Source of the DNA: Nemertoderma westbladi
Lineage: Eukaryota; Animalia; Xenacoelomorpha
NCBI GenBank assembly: GCA_032718475.1
Contig: JAUCBJ010007646.1
Location: 1 to 40,013 of the forward strand
Direction: 5' to 3'
DNA: 40,013 bases
The notes below the pieces were generated by a model. That model had not been told where the DNA came from. It did not search any database and saw only the letters and a list, made by a program, of their open reading frames with translations. This document shows, in pieces, positions 1 to 10,942 of the stretch; the stretch's first letter is position 1; each line of letters opens with the position of its first letter. A program made the translations under genes and the position numbers.

Positions 1-399
1 CGGTGTGTCTGTCGTTCTGTTGATCTGTCGATCTGTTGTGTCCAATTTTAAACGTTAATAACTCAGCCAAATCTCGATAAAATATATCCAAACTTGGTAC
101 ATATGTAGTCTGGCAAAAGTTTAGAAATTTTCCAAGTTGAATTTGCGTGGGGTCTTCGTGCAGCATCTGTGTAAATGTCTTACAGTTATATTAAATTAAT
201 CTACGCAAAAAGTATTAGGATTGGCATCAGCGGGGGGTGCAGATTAAAAGGGCTGAACACGTACTGTCCCCCTTTCTTTGATTGATTGCCGGTATGGTTA
301 AATTTCTCAAATACAGATTTTGTGATACAGTCGCTCAATTTTAATTTGTATCTCATAACTGGGCCTCGTCCTGCGGGAAGGCCCCACGAATGTGTTAGT
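1..399 (+). mobile_element. Partial non-autonomous Helitron/Helentron-like (HINE/DINE-type) repeat
   Basis: (TCTG)-type microsatellite at 7-40, and a GC hairpin gggcct...aggccc (361-384) followed ~10 nt later by TTAGT. This layout is typical of such elements; the family is not confirmed. Confidence 0.4.
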
Positions 400-989
400 T
401 GTTAGAGCAAACAATTATTACATTAGCATTAGACAGTGGAAAAGTAGTTGATGCTGGTCAGCCGGTAGGCATAATACTTCTGTACTACAGGTACAGCATT
501 GCTGTACTGCAGTACTGTTGTGTATTGTTCTTATATAAGTATAGGACCGTGAACTCGCCAGGCTTGCCAGCTTGTATATATCTAAACGCTTTCGCGCCTC
601 TAAGAGGCGCCTACATCCTGCATTGACTCTCTCCACACGTTCTTATTGGATGCTAAAGTTCTTAATCTGTTTAGATCCTTGCGGTTTTTTAAAAAGTTAT
701 TCCATATATCCGACACATCCTTCCTAATCACTGCGTATAGACAACACAGGCGTCCCATACCTTTACATATTTTTAGATGGATTGGTTGATAGTATAGAAT
801 TAAGCGCTTGCTGGGCTGGGGTGTCACTGTGAAGCCGAACAATGCGGCCCAGTAGAGAGATAAGACTATGTTTCACTATATTTGAGATTCAGCTAGTCTT
901 TGTATATAAGTCCTCATTGGATATATTATCAGGCCATCTTATACCAACTAACCATCTAAGTTATGGTGATCCCAGGAGGATATCTTAAT

Positions 990-1115
990 TTGAGACAAAA
1001 TAAGATAAGTAGTGCGATTTGAAAGAACATAATTATTGTTTAAATCCGGAACGTTCCGGATTTAAACAATAATTATGTTCTTTCAAATCGCACTACTTAT
1101 CTTATTTTGTCTCAA
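990..1115. repeat. Perfect 126-bp palindrome (63-bp arms, no spacer)
   Basis: ttgagacaaaataag...tccggaac|gttccgga...cttattttgtctcaa, centre between 1052 and 1053. Confidence 0.95.
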
Positions 1116-1941
1116 GTAACCATCTCATATGGTGTCTATGAAAAACATTAATTTTGTCCGGCCATGTGCCACAGTTATATATTAAAATTGGTCTGACAAA
1201 AGCATTCAATAATTGTATTCTCGACTGAATGGACAATTTCTTACTGCGAAGTATGACACAGAACTAGATAGCATCTATCAAATCAAACTCAATATAATCC
1301 TACCGTGTATGACATGACATGACATGTGAAATACAAGTTGTTGCTGTTCGAAGGAAAAACACATTTATTACCATAACCTTGAAGAAAGCTTTAATTATTC
1401 TAATTATATGAAGGAAAAGCTTTATATTGCCAAATATGAATTATTAAATTCTCCACAAAAGTAGCTCTGGTTTAACCACAGGAGGGCTTAACTATAACTA
1501 TAAGTAACACAGAGAGTATCTGGGAAGAAAGACTTATTAAAGATTATACACTCATGCCTCATCTGTCATTGATCATGCATCATCATTAATCTGGACTACA
1601 TAATTTGGAAGTTAAGCAGCTACACATTAAATCCATAAGCATAATGTGATAATGGTAAGTGACCAATATTTACCAAAAAAACTCAACAGTGTTTGATGTA
1701 CAATCTCCACAGCTATTGCTTCAAACTTCTACCTCTCGAATTGTAAATCTTTTAAAAAAGTTACTTCTTTTTTGTAATGGTATAAAACTGGGAATGTTTG
1801 AAATAATGAAATTAATAACTAATCAAATTATTTAAAATCGGCAGGTAAATCTGACCCCCGCGTTAAAAATAAGTACAATAGTACATTTACTAAGTCAATG
1901 CAACCACTATAAGAACTAATATACCACTATACTGCTTAATG

Positions 1942-2730
1942 CAATCCACTATACCAAGGTGGAATACTTCACTATACCAAGGTGGTATACTTCACTATAC
2001 CATGATTGTATACTTCACTATAACAAGGTGGTATACTTCACTATAACAAGGTGGTATACCAAGGTGGTAAACTTCACTATACCAAGGTGGTATACTTCAC
2101 TATACCAAGGTGGTATACTTCACTATACCAAGATTGTATACTTCACTATACCAATATGGTATACTTCACTATACCAAGGTGGTATACCAAGGTGGTATAC
2201 TTCACTATACCAAGGTGTTATACTTCACTATACCAAGGTGGTATACTTCACTATACCAAGGTGGTATACTTCACTATACCAAGATTGTATACTTCTCTAT
2301 GACAAGGTGGTATACTTCACTACAACAAGGTGGTATACCAAGGTGGTAAACTTCACTATACCAGGGTGGTATACTTCCCTATAACAAGGTGGTATACCAA
2401 GGTGGTAAACTTCACTATACCAAGGTGGTATACTTCACTATACCAAGGTGGTATACTTCACTATACCAAGATTGTATACTTCTCTATGACAAGGTGGTAT
2501 ACTTCACTACAACAAGGTGGTATACCAAGGTGGTAAACTTCACTATACCAGGGTGGTATACTTCACTATAACAAGGTGGTATACCAAGGTGGTAAACTTC
2601 ACTATACCAGGGTGGTATACTTCACTACAACAAGGTGGTATACCAAGGTGGTAAACTTCACTATACCAGGGTGGTATACTTCGCACTACCAAAGTGGTAT
2701 ACTTTACTATACCAAGGTGGTATACTTCAC
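1942..2730. repeat. Minisatellite, 23-bp unit GGTGGTATACTTCACTATACCAA with 13-bp variant GGTGGTATACCAA
   Basis: Directly visible tandem units; the overlapping ORFs are repeat translations. Confidence 0.95.
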
Positions 2731-3102
2731 ATGGGCCGATATTCCTGAATAGTTCGCTAAAAGACCATGGTCGTGGTAATGCATATAAGTTGGTGTTTTA
2801 AAACAGTGGGAATATTGCCTACCACAACTATGGGCTTCTCGCAGACAAAACTTCAATACAAAATCCATTAAATTATATCTAGACATGATACAATATATAG
2901 AAAAAGCTTGCCAACATTGTAAACAAAGCAACCGCCCGCCATAGCAGAAACTATCGAAACAGCACTCGGAGGTACAGGTGTCTCATAACTGAATTGATTT
3001 ACTGATCTGAATCCGCCTTGAAGGAAATTTAATTTACCATAAATAATGGTGAAATAAATTAACATCAATTGTAGCAGAATTATGAGCACAACCTTTAATA
3101 TT

Positions 3103-4175
3103 ACAAGCTTCCCAGCCGAGAGCTGGCAATAATGGACGGATCCATTGCTAACAATATTTTGTTGTAATAAATTACGCGCTTATGCAGGGCCAGCCTAATA
3201 ACGAAAAACGAAACATTGGGCAAAGTACCGGCTGTACAATTATGTAAAAAAAACACTCTTTTTAAGACGTGTACCTTCTCCTCCCACAATTCTAAACGAA
3301 ATAAAGTGAAATTTTGCACAAAGCATGTCCAATAGATACTCCCTATTTGGTGTCGACAGAAATTTGATTGAGTGAATTCTACGATTATGATCGGTCATTC
3401 TATGATTAATTTTACTGTTGCTAAGCAACCTAGAGGTGCCTCGCAACCAAAACCTTTCATACACAACTAGGTCCGATAATGAACCTATCATCAAAGTTTC
3501 ATCCAATTCCACCAACATTAAGTGCATTAAAAATGCAGCTGCAATGCAGCATGCCGATCCTAGTAGTAAGTGCACGAAGTTGTGTGTACAAACAAACAAA
3601 CAAACAAGCCTCCCAGCCGAGAGCTGGCAATAATGGACAGATCCATTGCAATCAATAATTTGTTGTAATAAATTATACGCCTATGTAGGGCAGCCTAATA
3701 ACGAAAAACATGCTTTCTGCCAAATTTCGCTTTATTTCGTTTAGAATTGTGGGAGAAGATACATTTCATACAAACGGTGTTTTATTTACATACAATTAAT
3801 TGCACAGACGGTACTTTGCCCAATGTTTCGTTTTTCGTTATTAGGCTGCCCTGCAAAGGCGCATAATTTATTACAACAAATTATTGATAGCAATGGATCC
3901 GTCTATTATTGCCAGCTCTCTGCTGTCAAACTTGTAGTAGTATGTATGTATATGTTTGTAGGAAATGTATCTTCTTCCACAATTCTATACGAAATAAAAG
4001 TGAAATTTTCCAGAAAGCATGTCCAATAGATGTCGACCGAATTTTGTTTGAATTAATTCTACGATTATGATCGGTCATTCTAGAATTAATTTCACTGTTT
4101 GCTAGGAAACCAACAGGTCGCTCGCAACCAAAAACCTTGCATACACAACTAGGTCCGATAATGAATCTATCATAA
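3103..4175. mobile_element. Cluster of rearranged non-autonomous repeats (Helitron/Helentron-like)
   Basis: Block cccagccgagagctggcaataatgga at ~3110 and ~3612, inverted at ~3900-3925. Block aaataaagtgaaatttt...acacaactaggtccgataatgaa at ~3300-3490 and ~3990-4170. CAAA/GTAT microsatellites; hairpin gctgca-a-tgcagc upstream of CTAGT at 3560. Confidence 0.5.
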
Positions 4176-4877
4176 TTTTCAATTCAGTTCGTTACGGCTT
4201 ACGCCCCGGTGGCTATATTAACTTTGGTTTATATAGTCCATAATTACTTCTTGCTTGGACCCGAAATCAGTAAAAGTAGTAACCCTCATATTTAATACAC
4301 AAGTTATAAACCAGGTTTTTAAAAGATCCACGTCTGAGATATCTTGCTGTTCACTACACCTCTTTTGTTTTAGAAGAGTTCTAATTCCGTATTTATTGAC
4401 ACTCAGTTAAGGTAGTGATGGAAGATCTAGCAACCACGAATTGATTTTATGATGCGAAAATATATCTGTTTTGGTGCCACCCATTAAATGTAAAACAAGC
4501 CAATAACTATACAGGGCAGTCAACCTATTGTTGCGTGTATTAAACACATTGTTAACAAGTCTGCAGTTGTGAAATCTGATTAAGGTCTCTAATTTTGGTT
4601 GGTTCAAAATACTGCAAAGTGTCGCAGAGTCCAAGTAATTTCAAAGTCGGAGTGTTCTTCATAAGCCTTTGCGACATGATCGTGCTACTTCAAGAAGGCG
4701 TGTTTCACCTAGTAAGCAGACCCATACAGAGCCGGGGTAAGCAGATAGATGCCCATAGTTTTGAGACAATGGAAAGTGGGACCCTATTAACACATAGGCC
4801 TCTCGATTCTAAATTGCTCACTTGATGCCATAGCTTACTCTTGAAGTGCCTTGCTATACCTTTATGGTTAAATGGAA

Positions 4878-6062
4878 CTGAAAATGCGAGTGGATTAGAT
4901 GAAATCCCAGTGGAGGTATGACAAAACCGGAGTGCTAAACAGACCATTATTGAATGTTTGCAACCGGATGTTAAAAGGGGAAAAGCCACCACCAATTTGG
5001 ACTAAAGGTAAACTAAAGCCTCTCCCTAAGAAAGGAGACCTTGGCATACCAACAAACTATCGTGGGATCTGTCTGCTTGTGGTAGCTGCCAAAATATACA
5101 ATAAAATGATTCTATATAGGATTAGGCCTCACATAGAGAAACTACTGCGTAAGAGCCAAATCGGATTTCGACCAAGTAGATCAACAATAGCTCAGATACT
5201 TGCACTACGGAGACTGATTGAAGGAATTAAGTCAAAGAATCTCCCCGCAGTCATGACTTTTGTGGACTTCAAGAAGGCATTCGACTCCATCCATAGAGGT
5301 AAAATGCTTGAAATCCTAAGAGCTTATGGAATACCAGAAATAATTGTTGCTGGCATTGGATTGTTATATTGTGACACAGAAGCGCAGGTATTCTCACCAG
5401 ATGGTGAAACTGAGTTTTTCTAAATCCTGGCTGGCGTACTGCAAGGTGACACATTAGCACCATTAGCATTTGTAATTGTGCTGGATTACGCAATGAGGAC
5501 GGCCACAAAGGGTGAAGATCTGGGATTCACACTTCAAGAAAGCATAAGTAGTAGATATCCGGCAACTACAGTCACAGGCACCGACTTTGCGGATGACATC
5601 GCTCTGCTCTCTAATACGCTACCAGATGCACAGCTTCTACTAAATAAAGTGGGGAGGGCTGCTAAGGAGGTTCGATTGCATATAAATGCTACTAAGACCG
5701 AATTCATGATTTTTAATGTTGATAGAAACTTGACAACCATTGATAATAATCAACTAAGGAAGGTCGACGACTTCCAGTACCTTGAATCATGGATAGAGAG
5801 TAGCAAAAAGGACATAGAAGATAGGAAAGCAAAGGCTTGGGTAGCTCTATCAAAAATGGATACCATCTGGAAATCAGATCTCTCCAGGCACCTGAAGACT
5901 AAGTTCTTGCGAGCCACAGTGGAAAGTGTATTTTTATACGGGGGTGAGACCTGGACACTAACTAAATCACTTGAACAACGAATTGATGGTTGCTACACAA
6001 GACTACTAAGGGCAGCCCTAAACATCAGCTGGAGACAACACATGACAAACGCCGAGCTTCTC
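4878..6062 (+). pseudogene. Truncated RTE-type non-LTR retrotransposon reverse transcriptase
   Basis: Motifs PKKGDL..NYRGI, FVDFKKAFDSI, GVLQGDTL, DFADD, ATVESVFLYGGETWTL. ORFs 4899-5423 and 5478-6095 share a frame, split by TAA at 5421; 5' and 3' ends are missing. Confidence 0.88.
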
Positions 6063-6986
6063 CATGATCGATCAGATCTCTCCATGACTGTATAGCTCCA
6101 CATATCCCCCAGGAACAATTTTCTCATTTTTATCTATTACTATGTAGTGTGATTTATTGGGATTAGGACTTATCAGAAGATGGTTATGGGCAAAGTATTT
6201 TTCAGCGTTTGTGATCATTTTTTCGATGTCTGTCTTCGTATTTCCAATAAAAATGATACCGTCTGCATAACTAATCGCGCCACAAGGTAAATGTTTTATG
6301 GTATTCCTAATCCACTGTTCTCTATCTCATGGAATAGATCAGCCATATATAGATTGAATAATATGGCCGATAGGACACCACCCTGACGTACGCCCTGCAA
6401 AAGATCAAATTTATTCTTGTAGAGCAGACCATCGATCTTAAGGGTTGCTTTCCCGGATTGATAATATGAGTGAATGATTTATGAGACGTTCATACAATTT
6501 ACTGAAAACTGGCCCCCTTGCCTCTTACTCGTTGCTTGTCAACGAGCATTTCATTTGAAACTGTGTAGAATGCCTCATAGTCAGCAAATTTATTATATTT
6601 CTCATAAAGAAGTACTCTGCTTTTCCTGCATCCAAACCGTAGTGTTCTTCGAGAATCAACAGAAGTGGAGATTCTTCAGCAACAATTATCGTAATGTAGT
6701 TTAAACTGTTTATGTAACCGTGACAGTTAAAGGACATTATCTTAACATCTGTGGCTGGAGTATTGTTGTTAAATATGTCATCTTTAATTGTAAGATGGTG
6801 ATTGTCTTGCAGTTTCATCCAATTCCATCAACATTAAGTGTAAGAAATTGTTTGTACAAACAAACACACACACCAACACACCCCCACACAGACATGTGGA
6901 GAAATAAGGACTTCCAACATGGATCCGTCCAATATGATCTCATAATATTATTTTTTTAATGATGATTTACAGGTGGTGGTGACATG

Positions 6987-9177
6987 GGAGTGCTGATGTT
7001 GATACCGGAGTGCTGATAGCAGCATATTAATACTGTAGTAGGCCACTTATAGCGGCATGTTGATACTGTAGTGCTGATAGCGGCATGTTGATACTAGAGT
7101 GATGATACTGCCGCAGCATGTTGATTCTGTAATGCTGGTAGCGGCATGTGGATACTGTAGTGCTGATGGCGGCATGTTGGATAATGTAGTGCTCATAGCA
7201 GCATGTTGATACTGTAGTGTAGATAGCAGCATGTTTATACTGTAGTGCTTAAATAGTGGCATGTTGACACTGTAGTGCTTATAGTGGCATGTTGGATACT
7301 GTAATGCTGATACTGCAGCTGCATGTTGGATACTGGAGTGCTGATAGCAGCATGTTGATACTGTAGTGCTGATGTGGCATGTTGATACTGTAGTGTGTGA
7401 TAGCATCATGTTGGATACTGTAGTGCTGATATCAGCATGTTGGATACTGTAGTGCTGATAGCACCATGTTGATACTGCAGTAGACCACTTATAGCGTCAT
7501 GTTGATACTGTAGTACTGATAGCGGCATGTTGGATACTGTAGTGCTGATAGCGGCATGTTGATACTGTAGTGCTGATAGTGGCATGTTGATACTGTAGTC
7601 GACCACTTATAGCGGCATGTTGATTCTGTAGTGCTGATAGCGAAATGTTGGATACTGTAGTGCTGATAGCGGCATGTTGGATACTGTAGTGCTGATAGCG
7701 GCATGTTGATACTGTAGTGCTGATAGTGGCATGTTGATACTGTAGTAGACCACTTATAGCGGCATGTTGATTCTGTAATGCTGATAGCGGCATGTTGGTT
7801 ACTGTAGTGCTGATAGCGGCATGTTGAAACTGTAGTGCTGATAGTGGCATGTTGATACTGTAGTAGGCCAATTATAGCGGCATGTTGATACTGTAGTACT
7901 GATAGCGGCATGTTGATTCTGTGCTGATAGCAGCATATGGATACTGTAGTGCTGATAGCGGCATGTTGGATAATGTAGTGCTGATAGCAGCATGTTGGGT
8001 AGTGCTGATAGCAGCATGTTGATACTGTAGTTGACCACTTATAGCTTCATGTTGATTCTGTAATGCTGATAGCGGCATGTTGGATACTGTAGTGCTGATA
8101 GCGGCATGTTGATACTGTAGTGCTGATAGTGGCATGTTGATACTGTAGTAGGCCAATTATAGCAGCATGTTGATACTGTAGTACTGATAGCGCCATGTTG
8201 ATTATGTAGTGCTGATAGCGGCATGTTGGATTCTGTAGTGCTGATAGCAGCATGTTGATACTGTAGTGCTGATAGTGGCATGTTGATACTGTAGTGTGCT
8301 GATAGCATCATGTTGGATACTGTAGTGCTGATATCAGCATGTTGGATACTGTAGTGCTGATAGCACCATGTTGATACTGCAGTAGACCACTTATAGCGTC
8401 ATGTTGATACTGTAGTACTGATAGCGGCATGTAGGATACTGTAGTGCTGATAGCGGCATGTTGATACTGTAGTGCTGATAGTGGCATGTTGATACTGTAG
8501 TAGACCACTTATAGCGGCATGTTGATTCTGTAGTGCTGATAGCGAAATGTTGGATACTGTAGTGCTGATAGCGGCATGTTGATACTGTAGTGCTGATAGT
8601 GGCATGTTGATAATGTAGTGCTGATAACAGCATGTTGATACTGTAGTTGACCACTTATAGCAGCATGTTGATTCTGTAATGCTGATAGCGGCATGTTGGT
8701 TACTCTAGTGCTGATAGCGGCATGTTGAAACTGTAGTGCTGATAGTGGCATGTTGATACTGTAGTAGGCCAATTATAGCGGCATGTTGATACTGTAGTAC
8801 TGATAGCGGCATGTTGATTATGTGCTGATAGCAGCATATGGATACTGTAGTGCTGATAGCGGCATGTTGGATAATGTAGTGCTGATAGCAGCATGTTGAT
8901 ACTGTAGTTGACCACTTATAGCAGCATGTTGATTCTGTAATGCTGATAGCGGCATGTTGGATACTGTAGTGCTGATAGCGGCATGTTGATACTGTAGTGC
9001 TGATAGTGGCATGTTGATACTGTAGTAGGCCAATTATAGCAGCATGTTGATACTGTAGTACTGATAGCGCCATGTTGATTCTGTAGTGCTGATAGCGGCA
9101 TGTTGGATTCTGTAGTGCTGATAGCAGCATGTTGGATACTGTAGTGCTGATAGCAGCATGTTGGATACTGTAGTGCT
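6987..9177. repeat. Satellite array, block 1 (28-bp GCTGATAGCGGCATGTTGATACTGTAGT; 29- and 33-bp variants)
   Basis: Tandem monomers; ~902-bp higher-order duplication (compare 7406-7606 with 8308-8508). Confidence 0.97.
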
Positions 9178-10547
9178 TGTTCGTGGTATTTCAACTTTTC
9201 CTAACGCGAGTTGAATATTTTTTTGGATTTATTTTAAATGAATATTCCGATATCACTACTGGGTGCGGGAACATGGGTTTTGGGCACATTCAATGGACTG
9301 GGGGCGATTTATGGGCGAATATTGGGGCGACTTACGGGGTACGGGAGTCATTTTATGTATTTAAGGGCCAGGGGTGGGAGGTAAAGTTAAGCAGTATTCA
9401 GGTTTGCCTGATTACTATTAGGCCTAGCCAACTTCCTGCTGCCTGTAGAGGTGGATTTGGTAACTCGCTAGGTCTAAAAGACAAGGGCTGCCCTTAGCGG
9501 TCCCTGGCCAACAGCAGTTATTACGAGACTGAAAAGGACATTGGAAAGTCTGCTGCTTGTGTCAGGGATTTGCGACGGGAACCGACGACAGACCCCTAGC
9601 CAAGCCGTACTGGTTCCTGATGACCGATCCCTTCGGGGTTCGGGAAGGGTGGGACGGACACGCGAATGGGTCGACCGACTAACGGAGGAAGGGTTAGACG
9701 AGGACTGCCTTCCTGGAGTGGGTTCCACGACTGGCGTTAGTACGAGCCTGAATAAGGACTCGGCAAACCACCAACCATTGGGGCTCACGACGGGCTGACA
9801 GACCCCTTGCCAAGCTGTACCGCTTTCCTGATGACAGATCCCTTCGGGGTTCGGGAAGGGTGGGACGGACATGCAATGGGGTCGAAAGACAAAGGACTGG
9901 ACTCTACTGGCCTACCGACTGTTCGGAGCAGCTTCTTGGCTGCCGAAGCGACTACGAGCCTGAATAAGGACTCGGAAAGCCTAGGTGGTTGGGTCCCTGC
10001 GATGAACCGACGGACCCCTAGCCAAGCCGTACCGCTTTCCTGATGACTGATCCCTTCGGGGTTCGGGAAAGGTGGGACGGACACGCGACAGGGTCTACCG
10101 ACTAGACCGACCCTTAGCCAAGCCGTATCGCTTTCCTGATGACCGATCCCTTCGGGGTTTGGGAAGGGTGGGACGGACACGCAACAGGGTCGACCGACAC
10201 CGACACTACGGTACCGAGACTAGGACCGGGGGAAAATTGGGGAACATTAGTTAGGCTAAAATCTGAGCGAACAGTGGGTAATTAAATAATGTACTGTAGG
10301 GATTTATATTGTCGTGTTATATTATTGTGAATATTTGGTGTATATTGGTTTGGGGAAGCCCAACTTATTCTCAATCAAGTTTCAACTGTAGGGAAGTTAC
10401 ATTAAAGAGTACATCCAACCAATGAAACTTTTCCTCAACCGCAATCTTGCATTTAAGAACGTATTCCTTCTCCACTACCAATGTCCGGTGACTGGCCGGG
10501 ATTCCGTGGTCTGAAAAGTTCCGAATGGTGCCGGAATAACGGCAACA
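9178..10547 (+). repeat. 5' LTR (1370 bp)
   Basis: Starts TGTTCG, ends GCAACA; collinear with 21673-23005; U3 is built from ~215-bp subrepeats. Confidence 0.95.
10341..10406 (+). promoter_or_regulatory. Putative LTR core promoter and R region: TATATT (10341), Inr-like TTATTC (10365-10370), poly(A) signal ATTAAA (10401)
   Basis: Spacing fits U3-R-U5 organisation, and all three motifs are conserved in the 3' LTR. The start site is inferred. Confidence 0.55.
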
Positions 10548-10549
10548 AA

Positions 10550-10561
10550 ATTGAGAATAAG
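10550..10561 (+). promoter_or_regulatory. Non-tRNA primer-binding site ATTGAGAATAAG, complementary to LTR 10364-10375
   Basis: Begins 2 nt after the LTR end; exact reverse complement of CTTATTCTCAAT; no TGG start. Confidence 0.7.
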
Positions 10562-10942
10562 ACGCGGCCAACTTCAACTGGTGGAAGTTGGGAATCCTAC
10601 AATACTCTTCAAACTGTCTCCGTGCTTACCAGCACCCACTACGAGGAAACTCTGGTATTTGATTTAAGACAAAGCCATGGTTTAATCAATCGACAAACTC
10701 GAACTAATAAACTCGTAGTCGGCAGATCACATATAGAGAGTCATTAACAGGGAATGGAAGTATCGATCATACCCATTGATATAATCCAAGTTGGGCCAGG
10801 AATCTGGCACGTCGAAGTTGAAGTACAAGGAACGAATGTCGGACCCATTCAGGATTACCGTTCGGGTAGTCCAAGCTGAATACGAGACCTACGAAGAACT
10901 ATTTTACGACATCGCATATCTAGCTATCAACGAGGCGCTAGA

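Noticed and set aside
1959-2571. ORFs or a CRISPR-like array in the 23-bp repeat
   Set aside because: Units are contiguous with no unique spacers, there are no cas genes, and the context is eukaryotic.
9177-10254. Short ORFs inside the LTRs
   Set aside because: By-products of GC-rich subrepeats; disrupted by indels between the two LTRs.
10526-10540. TGGTGCCGG as a PBS
   Set aside because: It is inside the LTR; its counterpart is present in the 3' LTR upstream of the TSD.
10579-10597. TGGTGGAAGTTGGGAATCC as a tRNA PBS
   Set aside because: It lies 31 nt from the LTR end, is buried in a hairpin, and only loosely resembles tRNA-Ala-type PBSs; not excluded without the host tRNA set.
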